Below are positions 1-11,489 of a stretch of 64,000 bases of DNA, piece after piece. Each line of letters starts with the position of its first letter. Position 1 is the first letter of the stretch. The notes below the pieces were generated by a model that saw nothing but the letters and a program-made list of their open reading frames with translations, searched no databases and was not told the origin of the DNA. Made by a program: the position numbers and the translations under genes. This DNA is from Squalus acanthias (Eukaryota), in assembly GCA_030390025.1 (NCBI GenBank), contig JASTWF010000138.1, positions 558,001 through 622,000 of the forward strand, given 5' to 3'.

Positions 1-159
1 CAAAGGTTTCCCTCAGCTCTGATGTCAGAGAGTACTTGAGGTGTCCTTAGTCTCAGGTTTATCCTGAGTTGGCTGATCATATTCGGAGCGGCAGTAGGTG
101 TCTGGGACCCTTTACTGGTAACTGTCTCGGGACCCACTGCTAGAAAGGACATCTGCCCT

Positions 160-705
160 ATTTAGAGAACTGCGTTCAATTCTGGGCACCGCCCATCAGG
201 ATGGATATACTGGCTTTAGAGGGTGCAACGCCAATTCACCCGAATCATACCGGGGCTGAAAGGATTAAATTATGAGGACAGGTTGCATAGAATAGGCTTG
301 TATTCCTCTGAGTATAGAAGATTAAGAGGTGATCTAATTGAGGTGTTTAAGTTGATAAATGGAATTGATAGGGGAGATAGAGAGAAACTATTTCCTCTGG
401 TGCGCGAGTCCAGAACAAGGGGCATAACCTTCAAATTAGAACTGAGCCGTTCAGGGGTGATGTCAGGAAGCACTTCTTCACACAAAGGTTAGTGGAAATC
501 TGGAACTCGCTCCCCCCAAATGCTGATGAGGCTGGGGGTCAAGTGAAAATTTCAAAACTCAGATTGATAGATGTTTGTGAGGCAAAGGTATCGAGGGTTA
601 CAGAAACAAGGCGGGTAGATGGTGTTGAGGTGGAGATCAGCCATGATCTCATTGAATGGCGGAACAGGTTGGATGGGCCGAATGGCCTACTCCTGGTTCC
701 CATGT
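160..705 (+). mobile_element. CR1-clade LINE, 3' fragment
   Basis: ORF 223-492 has the CR1 RT C-terminal motifs (YEDRLHRIGLYS..RRLRGDLIEVFK), followed by the typical 3' UTR (GGCCGAATGGCCTACTCCTG). Confidence 0.85.
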
Positions 706-1409
706 TGCTATTACTGCCCTGCCGTCATATTTCCTTCTGACGCTCTCTCACCAGACATGAGAAATGCTCACTAATGACAGAAATGAACAAATTACTTCAC
801 ATCGGCATTACACATTATTCTCCACCACAATAGATCCCTTGGAACTCCATTCTCCCGACCTTTCACTTCTCCTCTGACGGGGGCTGCAACTGATTCCTGC
901 ACCTTTTCATCGCCCCAAAAATCGCAACAAGACACCAGAAAATTAACTTTGTTTCCTTTTGCACCTAAAATCCTGAACTTCATGTGACACTCGGTTTGAA
1001 GCAGTGTAATTTTCGTGTGGAGCTCTTGACCCTGGGGGCGGAACCATTATAATGAGCGGGAATGCGTTCGGGCACAAGGAGCTATAGACGGGCGTAAAGG
1101 AGCAAGGGATTTCAGGAAGAGCGCTATTCAGTGCGTAACACAATTGCGCCCGAATTTATTCATTTTTTACGCCGGGTATTTGCTTCACAGCCCATTACAG
1201 GAGGCTCTGGGAGCAAATACACAGGGAATGTTAAAGAGTCTCCCGGAAGCGTTGTCAATTCGTTGTCCTTCCAATAACGATGGTGTTTATGCAACAACGA
1301 GAGGTTGATATCTCAAAGGTGATTTATTCTCCCTGAGAGAGTGAAGGCTGAATACTGGTGTCCTGATTCTGAAGATGGAGCTTTGCTTGACTTTGATTTC
1401 TGTTCACAG

Positions 1410-1718
1410 ATGAGATCCGATGCAACGATCCAGAAATCACTCTTCCGCAACCGTCACTAGAACAGGTTTTACTGGAGGCGACAGTGACCTTAACCTGCGT
1501 CGTGTCTAATGCTCCTTATGGAGTCAACGTGTCCTGGACCCGAGAAAAGGAGACTTTGAAATCAGAGATTGCCGTCCAACCCGGAGAGGCTCCCAACAGT
1601 GTGATCAGCAACTTAAACATCTCGACACAAGCCTGGCTGAGTGGGGATGAGTTCTACTGCGTGGTGAGCCACCAGGATATACCGACACCTATAAGAGATT
1701 CCATCCACAAGGAAAAAG
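1410..1718 (+). CDS. IGHM: IgM heavy chain constant exon CH3
   Basis: Acceptor ttcacAG|AT at 1409/1410 and donor G|GTGAG at 1718/1719, phase 1/1. Translates to [43 protein letters not shown]...[29 protein letters not shown], a C1-set Ig domain matching shark C-mu3 as I recall it. Confidence 0.93.
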
Positions 1719-1804
1719 GTGAGCGGTGAGATTGTAGCAATAAGTGAGACTCTGTGACTATTTCCGGTGATGGTGCACGGGCCAATTCAATCTAGTAAGT
1801 GTTT

Positions 1805-2249
1805 TCACCCCTGTGCTCGCTGACCTACATTGGCTACCGGTTAAGCAGCGCCTCGATATCAAAATTCTCATCCTTGTATTCAAACCCCTCCATGGCCTCG
1901 CCCCTCCCTATCTCTGTAATCTCCTTCAGTCCCACAACCCCCCGAGATATCTGCGCTCCTCTAATTCTGCCCTCTTGAGGATCCCTGATTATAATCGCTC
2001 AACCATTGGTGGCCGTGCCTTCTGTTGCCTAGGCCCTAAGCTCTGGAATTCCCTGCCTAAACCTCTCTGCCTCGCTACCTCTCTTTCCTCCTTTAAGACG
2101 CTCCTTAAAACCTACCTCTTTGACCAAGCTTTTGGTCATCTGCCCTAATTTATCCTTATGTGGATCGGTGTCAAATTTATTGTCTTAAAATAGTCCTGTG
2201 CAGCGCCTTGGGACGTTTTACTACGTTAAAGGCGCTATCAAAAAACAAG
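1805..2249 (+). mobile_element. L2-clade LINE 3' end (tail resumes at 3147 after a MITE)
   Basis: ORF 1813-2148 LADLHWLPVKQRLDIKIL...GGRAFCCLGPKLWNSLP; the (GTT)n tail continues at 3146-3170. Confidence 0.85.
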
Positions 2250-3143
2250 GGGGGAGAAATTCAGTATCGCCCCATTTGGGGCGCAATTATCGGCCGGGCG
2301 CAAAGATTAGCGCCTGGCGCTAATTATCGCCACCGACTGCAAACTTGACTTTTATCGCCCCTGGAGGTGATTGCAGCGCTATATCAGGCACTTCACACCT
2401 GTCTTAAGGCGCAAAGGCCGAGGAGCGAGGCGCTACCTCAGAGCGCTGGCGAAGCTCATGTAATGTCAGTCAGCAATGGAACACACACACAATGGCACGG
2501 GCCAGTTCTTAAAGGGGATGGTTAATCGTGCTTTCCATGCACATCCTGCTCATTGCAGCCTTGAATCTCGGCCTGGAGAGACCTGCACATCAAATGTGTT
2601 GGAAAGAACAATGGAGAGTACCAGGCAAAGAGCTCAGAGTGCAGCCCCGACAGTCTCTGCTAAATCGATACAAGGAATGGCAAATCAAAATGAACCTGCA
2701 AAGTGCTGCTCAGTACCCAAAACTCCTTCACACAACATTGAATCTCTCCAGAAGTCTCTCCCTCTCTCTCTCAGAATGCATAGTTCAAAAATGGCACCAA
2801 CAATAAAAGGCAGGAAGCGGTGAGCTTTAAATAGCGCTCCCCCTTTCCCTTCATGACTGCAGAACGCTCCCCTCAACCTGTCGTTGCTAGCGTCAGGCGG
2901 TAAGGCAGGGGGCGCCACTCAATATCCGCTCCGGGGTGATACCGGGGCGTTGCGCACTTGAGTGATGTCACGATCTGCCGGCGCAGGAGATCGTGGCGGT
3001 AGTGGTTAGCGCCGCCGCAAAATGTCTAGTTAATTTCGCAAGCGGCGCAAACTTCGAAGGCGCCTGGGCGCTAGATGCTTTGCGCCCCATTAGCGCCCTC
3101 TTAAGGCGCTAACGGGAGGCGCAACCAACTGAATTTTTCCCCC
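2250..3143. mobile_element. Non-autonomous DNA transposon (PIF/Harbinger-like)
   Basis: TIRs GGGGGAGAAATTCAGT / ACTGAATTTTTCCCCC (15/16 match); 3-bp TSD AAG at 2247-2249 and 3144-3146; inserted in the L2 tail. Confidence 0.8.
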
Positions 3144-3558
3144 AAGTTGTTGTTTTTGTTGTTGTTGTTGTCACACTGAGACCCGAGATGATGCATTTCA
3201 GGGGAAGCTGGATAAGTACATGAGAGAAAAAGGAATAGAAGGATATGTTATTAGGGTTAGATGAAGTAAGGTGGGAGGAGTCTCGTGTGGAGCATAAACA
3301 GGAGCATTGACCAGTTGGGCCGAATGGTCTGTTTCTGTGATTTAAATTCTATATAATTTTCCAGTCCAACTCTTCAAGCTCCCACAGAGAAGGATTGTAT
3401 TTCCCTCTGCTCCAGGCTGGAAAACCGGACAGGACACAGAGGGGGAAAGGGAATCCTTTAAAATTCAGCGCAAAGCACATTTCTCTCACATCGAATCGCC
3501 GGTTTCATTGTCTCTGCAATTCACCAGTTTATTGACCTTTATTGTAATTGTTCTGCAG

Positions 3559-3914
3559 CTAAACAACCGCGGGAACCGTCCGTGTCTGTCCTCCTGCCCC
3601 CGGCAGAAGAAGTCTCCGCTCAGAGGTTCGTAAGCCTCACCTGCTTAGTGAGAGGTTTCTCCCCCCGAGAGATCTTCGTCAAGTGGACCGTCAATGACAA
3701 GCCGGTGAATTCCGGCAACTACAAGAACACCGAGGTGATGGCGGAGAACGGCAGCAGTTCCTTCTTCATGTACAGCCTGTTATCCATTGCAGCGGTGGAG
3801 TGGGCCAGCGGCGCTTCTTACTCCTGTGTGGTGGGACATGAAGCGAACCCCTTCAAGATCATCAACAGAACGGTTAATAAATCCAGCGGTAAACCCAGTT
3901 TTGATGTTTTGTAA
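3559..3914 (+). CDS. IGHM: IgM CH4 exon with prematurely terminated secretory tailpiece (internal TM donor G|GTAAA at 3888/3889)
   Basis: Acceptor ttctgcAG|CT at 3558/3559. Translates to [43 protein letters not shown]...[30 protein letters not shown]|GKPSFDVL*. The rest of the tailpiece, TLVLMDNVNSCQ*, continues in frame to TGA 3951-3953. Confidence 0.93.
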
Positions 3915-3981
3915 ACCCTTGTTCTGATGGACAACGTCAATTCTTGTCAATGAGAATCTCTCGATTATATTTCAGTTCTTA

Positions 3982-3997
3982 AATAAAAACCAATAAA
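3982..3997 (+). terminator. Secretory-form polyadenylation signals
   Basis: AATAAA at 3982-3987 and 3992-3997, about 30-45 nt after the ancestral tailpiece stop. Confidence 0.75.
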
Positions 3998-4384
3998 GGC
4001 CTTTTCTTCCAATCGTCAGTTACACACACAGCCGCTCAATTAATTTTGTTTCCCATTTTTGCCAAGGGGAGGGTTGTTTATCTGAAGCAGGATATTTGCT
4101 GGTCTCGGGCTCAAGGCTTGTAGAGCCAGCGCTCCCAGCTCAGATACACCACGGGTTAGAGACAGGCTGAAGCTCTTTCATGACAGGATTCCTCAAAGTC
4201 ACTTCAGCAACTTTCCTCCCGCTGGGGGAAACATGAAAATTCCAAATTCTGACAAACAAACGCAGCACATTTAGATCTCGGTGTCCCTGTTTCCCGTCCT
4301 GTCCATCTCTTCAGAATTGGGGCCAGTTTTATTTTGCAGCATCGCAAACTCTGGGATCTGAATTAAGGACACACACGAACACAT

Positions 4385-7300
4385 ACTGTACTCCCACTCC
4401 CCCACCAGAGAGAGGGGAAAGGGCAATTGTTAACCCACTGTAACCCCACACCCCCACCAGAGAGAGGGGAAAGGGTAATTGTGAACCCACTGTACCCCAC
4501 TCCCCCACCAGAGAGAGGGGAAAGGGCAATTTTTAACCTACTGTACCTACACCCCCACCAGAGAGAGGGGGAAGGGCAATTGTTAACCCGCTGTACCCCC
4601 ACTCCCCCACCAGAGAGATGGGAAAGGGCAATTGTTAACCCACTGTGCCCCCCACTCCCCCACCAGAGAGAGGGGAAAGGGCAATTGTCAACCCACTGTA
4701 CCCCCCACTCCCCCACCAGAGAGAGGGGAAAGGGCAATTGTTAACCCACTGTACCCCCCACTCCCCCATCAGAGAGAGGGGAAAGGGGCATTTGTTAACC
4801 CACTGTACCCCACTCCCCCACCAGAGAGAGGGGAAAGGGCTATTGTTAACCCACTGTACCTCACTCACCCCCACCAGAGAAAGAGGAAAGGGCAATTGTT
4901 AACCCACTGTACCTCACACACCCCCACCAGAGAGAGGGGAAAGGGCAATTGTTAACCACTGTACCCCCACTCCCCCACCAGAGAGAGGGGAACGGGCAAT
5001 TGTTAACCCACTGTACCCCCCACTCCCCCACCAGAGAGAGGGGAAAGGGCAATTGTTAACCCACTGTACACCCACTCCCCCACCAGAGAGTGGGGAGAGG
5101 GCAATTGTTAACCCACTGTACCTCCCACTCCCCCACCAGAGAGAGGGGAAAGGGCAATTGTTAACCCACAGTACCTCCCTCTCCCCCACCAGAGAGAGGG
5201 GAAAGGGCAATTGTTAACTCACTGTACCTCCCACTCCCCCACCATAGAAAGGGGAAAGGGCAATTGTTAACCCACTGTACCCACACTCCTCCACCAGAGA
5301 GAGGGGAAAGGGTAATTGTTAACCCACTGTACCTCCCACTCCCCCACCAGAGAGAGGGGAAAGGGCAATTGTTAACATACTGTACCCCCACTCCCCACCA
5401 GAGAGAGTGGAAAGGGCAATTGGTAACCCATTGTACCTCCCACTCCCCCACCAGAGAGAGGGGAAAGGGCAATTGTTAACACACTGTACCCCCACTCCCC
5501 ACCAGAGAGAGTGGAAAGGGCAATTGTTAACCCGCTGTACCCCCACTCCCCCACCAGAGAGAGGGGAAAGGGCAATTGATAACTCACTGTACCTCCCACT
5601 CCTCCACCAGAGAGAGTGGAAAGGGTAATTGTTAACACACTGGACCCCCCACTTCCCCGCCAGAGAGAGGGGAAAGGGCAATTGTTAACCCACTGTACCC
5701 CATACTCCCCCACCAGAGAGGGGGGAAAGGGCAGTTGTTAACACACTGTACCTCCCCCACCAGAGAGAGGGGCAAGGGCAATTGTTAACCCACTGTACCT
5801 CCCACTCCACCACCAGAGAGAGGGGCAAGGGCAATTGTTAATCCGCTGTACCCCCACTCCCCCACCAGAGAGAGGGGAAAGGGCAATTGTTAACCCACTG
5901 TACCTCCCACTCCCCTACCAGAGAGAGGTGAAAGGTTAATTGTTAACCCACTGTACACCCACTCCCCCGCCAGAGAGAGGGGAAATGGCAATTGTTAACC
6001 AACTGTGCCCCCACTCCCACACCTGAGAGAGGGGAAAGGGCAATTGTTAACCCACTGTACCTCCCACTCCCCTACCAGAGAGAGGGGAAATGGCAATTGT
6101 TATCCCACTGTACCTCCCACACCCCCACCAGAGAGAGGGGAAAGGGTAATTGTTTACCACCTGTACACCCAGTCCCCCTCCAGAGAGAGGGGTAAGGGCA
6201 ATTGTTAACCCACTGTACCCCCACTCCCCACCAGAGAGAGGGAAAAGTGCAATTCTTAACCCACTGTGCCTCCCACTCCCCACCAGAGAGAGGCGAAAGG
6301 GCAATTGTTTACCCACTGTACCCCGCACCCACCCACCAGGGAGAGGGGAAAGGGCAATTGTTAACCCACTGAACCCCGCACCCACCCACCAGAGAGAGGG
6401 GAAAGGGCAATTGTTTACCCACTGTACCCCCCACTCCCCCACCAGAGAGAGGGGAAAGGGCTATTGTTAACCCACTGAACCCCGCACCCACCCACCAGAG
6501 AGAGGGGAAAGGGCAATTGTTAACCCACTGTACCTCCCACTCCCCCACCAGAGAGAGGGGAAAGGGCAATTGTTAACCCACTGTACCTCCCACTCCCCCA
6601 CCAGAGAGAGGGGAAAGGGCAATTGATAACCCCCTGTACCCCCAACCCCCACCCGAGAGAGATGAAAGGGCAATTGTTAACCCACTGTACCCTCCACTCG
6701 CCCACCAGAGAGAGGGGAAAGGCCAATTGTTAACCCACTGTACACCCCACTCACCCACCAGAGAGTGGGGAAAGGGCAATTGTTAACCCACTGTGCCCCC
6801 ACTCCCCCACCAGAGAGAGTGGAAAGGGCAATTTTTAACCCACTGTACCCCCACTCCCCCACCAGAGAGAGGGGAAAGTGTAATTGTTAACCCACTGTGC
6901 CCCCACACCCCCAGCGGAGAGAGTGGAAAGGGCAATTGATAACCCACTGTACCCCCACTCCCCCACCAGAGAGAGGGGAAAGGGCAATTGTTAACCCACT
7001 GTACCTCCACTCCCCCACCAGAGAGAGGGGAAAGGGCAATTGTTAACCCACTGTACCTCCCACTCCCCACCAGAGAGAGGGGAAAGGGCAATTGTTAACC
7101 CACTGTACCCCCCACTCCCCCACCAGAGAGAGGGGAAAGGGCAATTGTTAACCCACTGTACCCCCACTCCCCCACCAGAGAGAGGGGGAAAGGGCAATTG
7201 TTAACCCACTGTACCTCCACTCCCCCATCAGAGAGGGGAGAGGGCAATTGTTAACCCACTGTACCTCCCACTCCCCCACCAGAGAGAGGGGAAAGGGCAA

Positions 7301-8870
7301 TTGTTAACCACTGTACCCCCACTCCCCAACCAGAGAGAGGGGAAAGGGCAATTGATAACCCACTGTACCCCACTCCCCCACCAGAGAGAGGGGAAAGGGC
7401 AATTGTTAACCCACTGTACCTCCACTCCCCCATCAGAGAGAGGGGAGAGGGCAATTGATAACCCACTGTACCCCCACTCCCCCACCAGAGAGAGGGGAAA
7501 GGGCAATTGTTAACACACTGTACCCCCCACTCCCCAACCACTGAGAGGGGAATGGGCAATTGTTAACCCACTGTACCCCACACCCCACCAGAGAGAGGGG
7601 AAAGGGCAATTGTTATCCCACTGTACCTCCTACTCCCCCACGAGAGAGGGGTGAGAGGGCAATTGTTAACCAACTGTAACCCACAACCCACCAGAGAGAG
7701 CGAAAGGGCAATTGTTAACCCACTGCACCACCCACTCCCCCACCAGAAAGAGGAGAAAGGGCAATTGTTAACCCACTGTACCTCCCACTCCCACACCAGA
7801 GAGAGGGGAATGGGCAATTGTTAACCCACTGTACCTCCCACTCCCCCTCCAGAGAGAGGGGAAAGGGCAATTGTTAACCCACTGTCCCTCCCACTCCCCC
7901 ACCAGAGAGAGGGGAAAGGGCAATTGTTAACCCATTTACCACCACTCCCCCACCAGAGAGAGGGGAAAGGGCAATTGTTAACCCACTGTACCTCCCACTC
8001 CCCCACCTGAGAGAGTGGAAAGGGCAATTGATAACCCACTGTACCTCCCACTCCCACACGAGAGAGAGGGGAAAGGGCAATTGTTAACCCACTGTACTCC
8101 CACTTCCCCACCAGAGAGAGGGGAATGGGCAATTGATACCCCACTGTACCCCCACTCCCCCACCAGAGAGAGGGGAAAGGGCAATTGTTAACCTACTGTA
8201 CCTCACACTCCCCCACCGGAGAGCTGGGAAAGGGCAATTGTTAACCCACTGTACCCCCCACTCCCCCACCGGAGAGAGGGGAAAGTGCAATTGTTAACCG
8301 ACTGTACCCACCACTCCCCCACCAGAGAGAGGGGAAAGGGCAATAGTTAACCCACTGTACCTCCCACTCTCCCACCAGAGAGAGGGGAAAGGGCAATTGT
8401 TAACCCGCTGTACCCCCACTCCCCCACCAGAGAGAGGGGAAAGGGCAATTGTTAACCCACTGTACCTCCCACACCCCCACCAGAGAGAGGAGAAAGGGTA
8501 ATTGTTAACCCACTGTACCTCCCACTCTCCCACCAGAGAGAGGGGAAAGGGCAATTGTTAACCCGCTGTACCCTCACTCCCCCACCAGAGAGAGGGGAGA
8601 GGGCAATTGTTAACCAACTGTACCCCCACTCCCCCGCCTGAGAGAGGGGAAAGGGCAATTGTTAACCCACTGTACCTCCCACTCCCCCACCAGAGAGTGG
8701 GGAGAGGGCAATTGTTAACCCACTGTACCTCCCACTCCCCCACCAGAGAGAGGGGAAAGGGCAATTGTTAACACACTGTGCCTCCCACTCCACCACCAGA
8801 GAGAGGGGAGAGGGCAATTGTTAACCCACTGTGCCTCTCACTCCCCCACCAGAGAGAGGGGAAAGGGCAA
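4385..8870. repeat. ~53-bp minisatellite, roughly 85 copies
   Basis: Unit CCACCAGAGAGAGGGGAAAGGGCAATTGTTAACCCACTGTACCTCCCACTCCC repeats throughout and generates the many repetitive ORFs. Confidence 0.97.
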
Positions 8871-8875
8871 ATAGT

Positions 8876-10098
8876 GGGCCAGAAATTCGGGTCGGAGGCT
8901 TTCCGCGGGTGCAAGCCTCCGACCTGCACTTACCTAGCACGCCTGTCGTTGTGCTGTGGGCCTACGTGGGATTTCGATCCTGGGCCTCTTCCAGCTGCCG
9001 GTGTGCAGTGCTTGCGTATCCCAGGGGCGCAGTTAGTTCGAAGCGTCCCCTGGGATCACGTGGGCCACGGAGAGACAATCGGAGCAGGGAATCTCCATTC
9101 ATAGATTTGACAGGAAGACCTGTCAAATCTATGAATAGAGATCGGCCCCAAAACCTAACTAAAACTTCCAATAAAATTTTAAAAATCACAATTTTACAAT
9201 AACTATAAATTACATAAATTAACTATTTTAAACAAAAATTTTAATTTTTGAAAAAATTAATTACAGTTTTTAACGGGACTAAAAATAAACTTACCTTTCT
9301 TTAAAGTATTTAAAAAAGATAGACCTTTGGGAAAAATGTTAAAATTTTACTTAATTCCCCACTTACCTTGTTAAAAGCCGGCCTTGCGCCTGCTTTTTCA
9401 ACGCGCAGCTGCTAGGGACTTACCGTCATGGAGTAACCTGAAAAAAACCCGGAAGTTCCAGGTCTGCGCGCTGCCTCTCCGGTGCACGCGTTTGACCTCC
9501 GAACCCCTTCCTTCAAGGGAACGGAAGTTCCTGTTTCCAGCGCATGCGCAGTGCATGCGCAAAACCGGCACTTCCGTTGTGTTTGCGGGTGAGGACTGCT
9601 TTTAACAAGGTAAGTGGGGAATTAAGTAAAATTTAAACATTTTTTCCACAGGTTTATCTTTTTTAAATACTTTAAAGAAAGGTAAGTTTATTTTTAGACC
9701 CGTTAAAAATTGTAATTAATTTTTTGAAAAATTTAAATTTTTGTTTAAAATAGTTAATTTATGTAATTTATAGTTATTTTAAAAATGTGATTTAAAAAAA
9801 TATTTGAAGTTTTAGTTAGGTTTTGGGGCCGATCTCTATTCATAGATTTGGCAGGTTTTCCTGTTAAATCTATGAATGGAGATTTCCTGCTCCGATTGGC
9901 ACTCCATGGTCCACGTGATCCCAGGGGAATGCCGTGAACTAACTACGCCCCTGGGATACGCAAGCACTGCGCGCCGGCAGCTGGAGGAGGCCCAGGATCG
10001 GAATCCCACGCGGGCCCACAGCACAACGGCAGGCGCGGTCGGTAAATGCAGGTGGGGGCTTGCACCCGCGGGAAGCCTCCGACCCGAATTTCTGGCCC
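8876..10098. mobile_element. Foldback MITE with ~500-bp inverted arms (Harbinger-like termini)
   Basis: Starts GGGCCAGAAATTCGGGTCGGAGGCTT and ends AAGCCTCCGACCCGAATTTCTGGCCC; arms ~8876-9378 and ~9598-10098; flanks AGT / AAT. Confidence 0.85.
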
Positions 10099-10399
10099 AA
10101 TATACCCGAATGATGGATCATAGCAATTGCTGCAAAATTAATTAGCGTGTGACATTGAAGAAAACAAATGTCATATTTTCTGACACGGACTATAGAGGAT
10201 CCTCAAGGAAGAATGACTGTGGAGTTCGGAACAGAGATAGATTGCTGAGACTGATTAACTTAACACAAGTTTTACGTTGAAAATTAAATTAGAGAACAAA
10301 CTAATATTTTAAGGAAAAGAAATAAGAATATTTAATAATAATATGATATATTGGATTAATAAACGATCTGATTATATTTCCGCCTCTACATCCCGGTAG

Positions 10400-10524
10400 A
10401 TTCCTCAGACCAATTCTTGATTGAAGACTTTGAGGAAGAGAGCGGCAACTGGACAACCGCTTCCACATTCATCTTCCTGTTCTTCCTGAGCATGTCCTAC
10501 AGCGCTGCCGTCACTCTAGTGAAG
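10400..10524 (+). CDS. IGHM: IgM transmembrane exon TM1
   Basis: AG|AT at 10399/10400 and AAG|GTGAG at 10524/10525. Translates to DSSDQFLIEDFEEESGNWTTASTFIFLFFLSMSYSAAVTLVK: acidic spacer plus the conserved antigen-receptor TM motif (TF..LF.LS..YS...T). Confidence 0.95.
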
Positions 10525-10663
10525 GTGAGAAGATTCAATCCACTCACACTTCGATCTGATTGAAGCGGTTTGACAAATCTCCAAAAGTTTCATTGATAAA
10601 ACCCCTCAGATAAATGCCCCAACCACTAAATCTCTGCTTCATTCTTTTATCCCTCTTTTACAG

Positions 10664-10672
10664 GTCAAGTGA
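10664..10672 (+). CDS. IGHM: IgM TM2 exon (VK-stop, completing the KVK cytoplasmic tail)
   Basis: Polypyrimidine tract, then tttacAG|GTC AAG TGA; AATAAA downstream at 10734-10739. Confidence 0.92.
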   Translation, partial: VK

Positions 10673-11489
10673 ACGGTTGAATTTCGGACGCCGTGGATTT
10701 TCCTCATCTGTTTATGAACATCTGTGTCCTGAAAATAAAATATGTCCTCTTGGTGATTCTCAGAGTCAAATGCCTTCAGTTAATAGATCCGAATCTATAG
10801 CTGAGAAAATCATAACCGGGATTTCCGTCTCTGTGTTTGAAATGTGTGAGATCATCGTGGCTATAATATAAATGTATCTTAGAGTTTCACCGTTGTTTGA
10901 ATATTTCATGTTTAAATAAGTCACTTTTCTCAATCCTAATTCACAATTGTTCCCTTCCCTTTATGTTGAGCCCCTGTTTTCTCTCTCTGGTGTCTGTTAC
11001 AGTTGTACAGATAACTGGCAGCTCAGACCGCCTGTGATCTGGTCTCAATGTGACGCTCGGTTTTAATATTCACTTTGTGTTAATTTTTGAAAAACTGCTC
11101 TGTAAATTGTTCTCTGTGAAATTGTTAATAAATCTGGAACGACAAATGGACTAACTTGGACTTTGCTGAATTCCTTTCTCCAAGGCTCCTCCACACCGCT
11201 CCATTTTCACTGTCACATTTTGTTTTATTTCCCTGATAGCTATTTTTCACCCGTCCTGTCTGGGTTGTGTTTGAACCCAAGTCCCTTCGGTTAAGGAGCC
11301 ACTGCGCCACCCAGTGTCCCATCAGAGAAACGACACCTTTTCCTCTGCCTTTTCATGTCAAGCCCCAGAGGCGGAATGATTGCACAGCGACCAGGAGCAC
11401 CTCGCAGTCCCCTCTAATATTATGGTCTGTAACAGTCACATGCCTGGTCCACTTACGAGCATGGCTCTGCTCCATTACGGCCTGATACA

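Noticed and set aside
1410-3914. IgW or IgNAR identity for the constant exons
   Set aside because: The CH3/CH4 sequences, the GKPSF...SCQ tailpiece and the TM exon fit shark IgM; the IgM subclass cannot be decided without CH1/CH2.
4329-8764. Dozens of overlapping ORFs (MPFPLSLVGEW..., PPERGERAIVNPL...)
   Set aside because: Translations of the 53-bp minisatellite, not genes.
4385-8870. Regularly spaced repeats suggestive of a CRISPR array
   Set aside because: No unique spacers, eukaryotic context and no cas genes.
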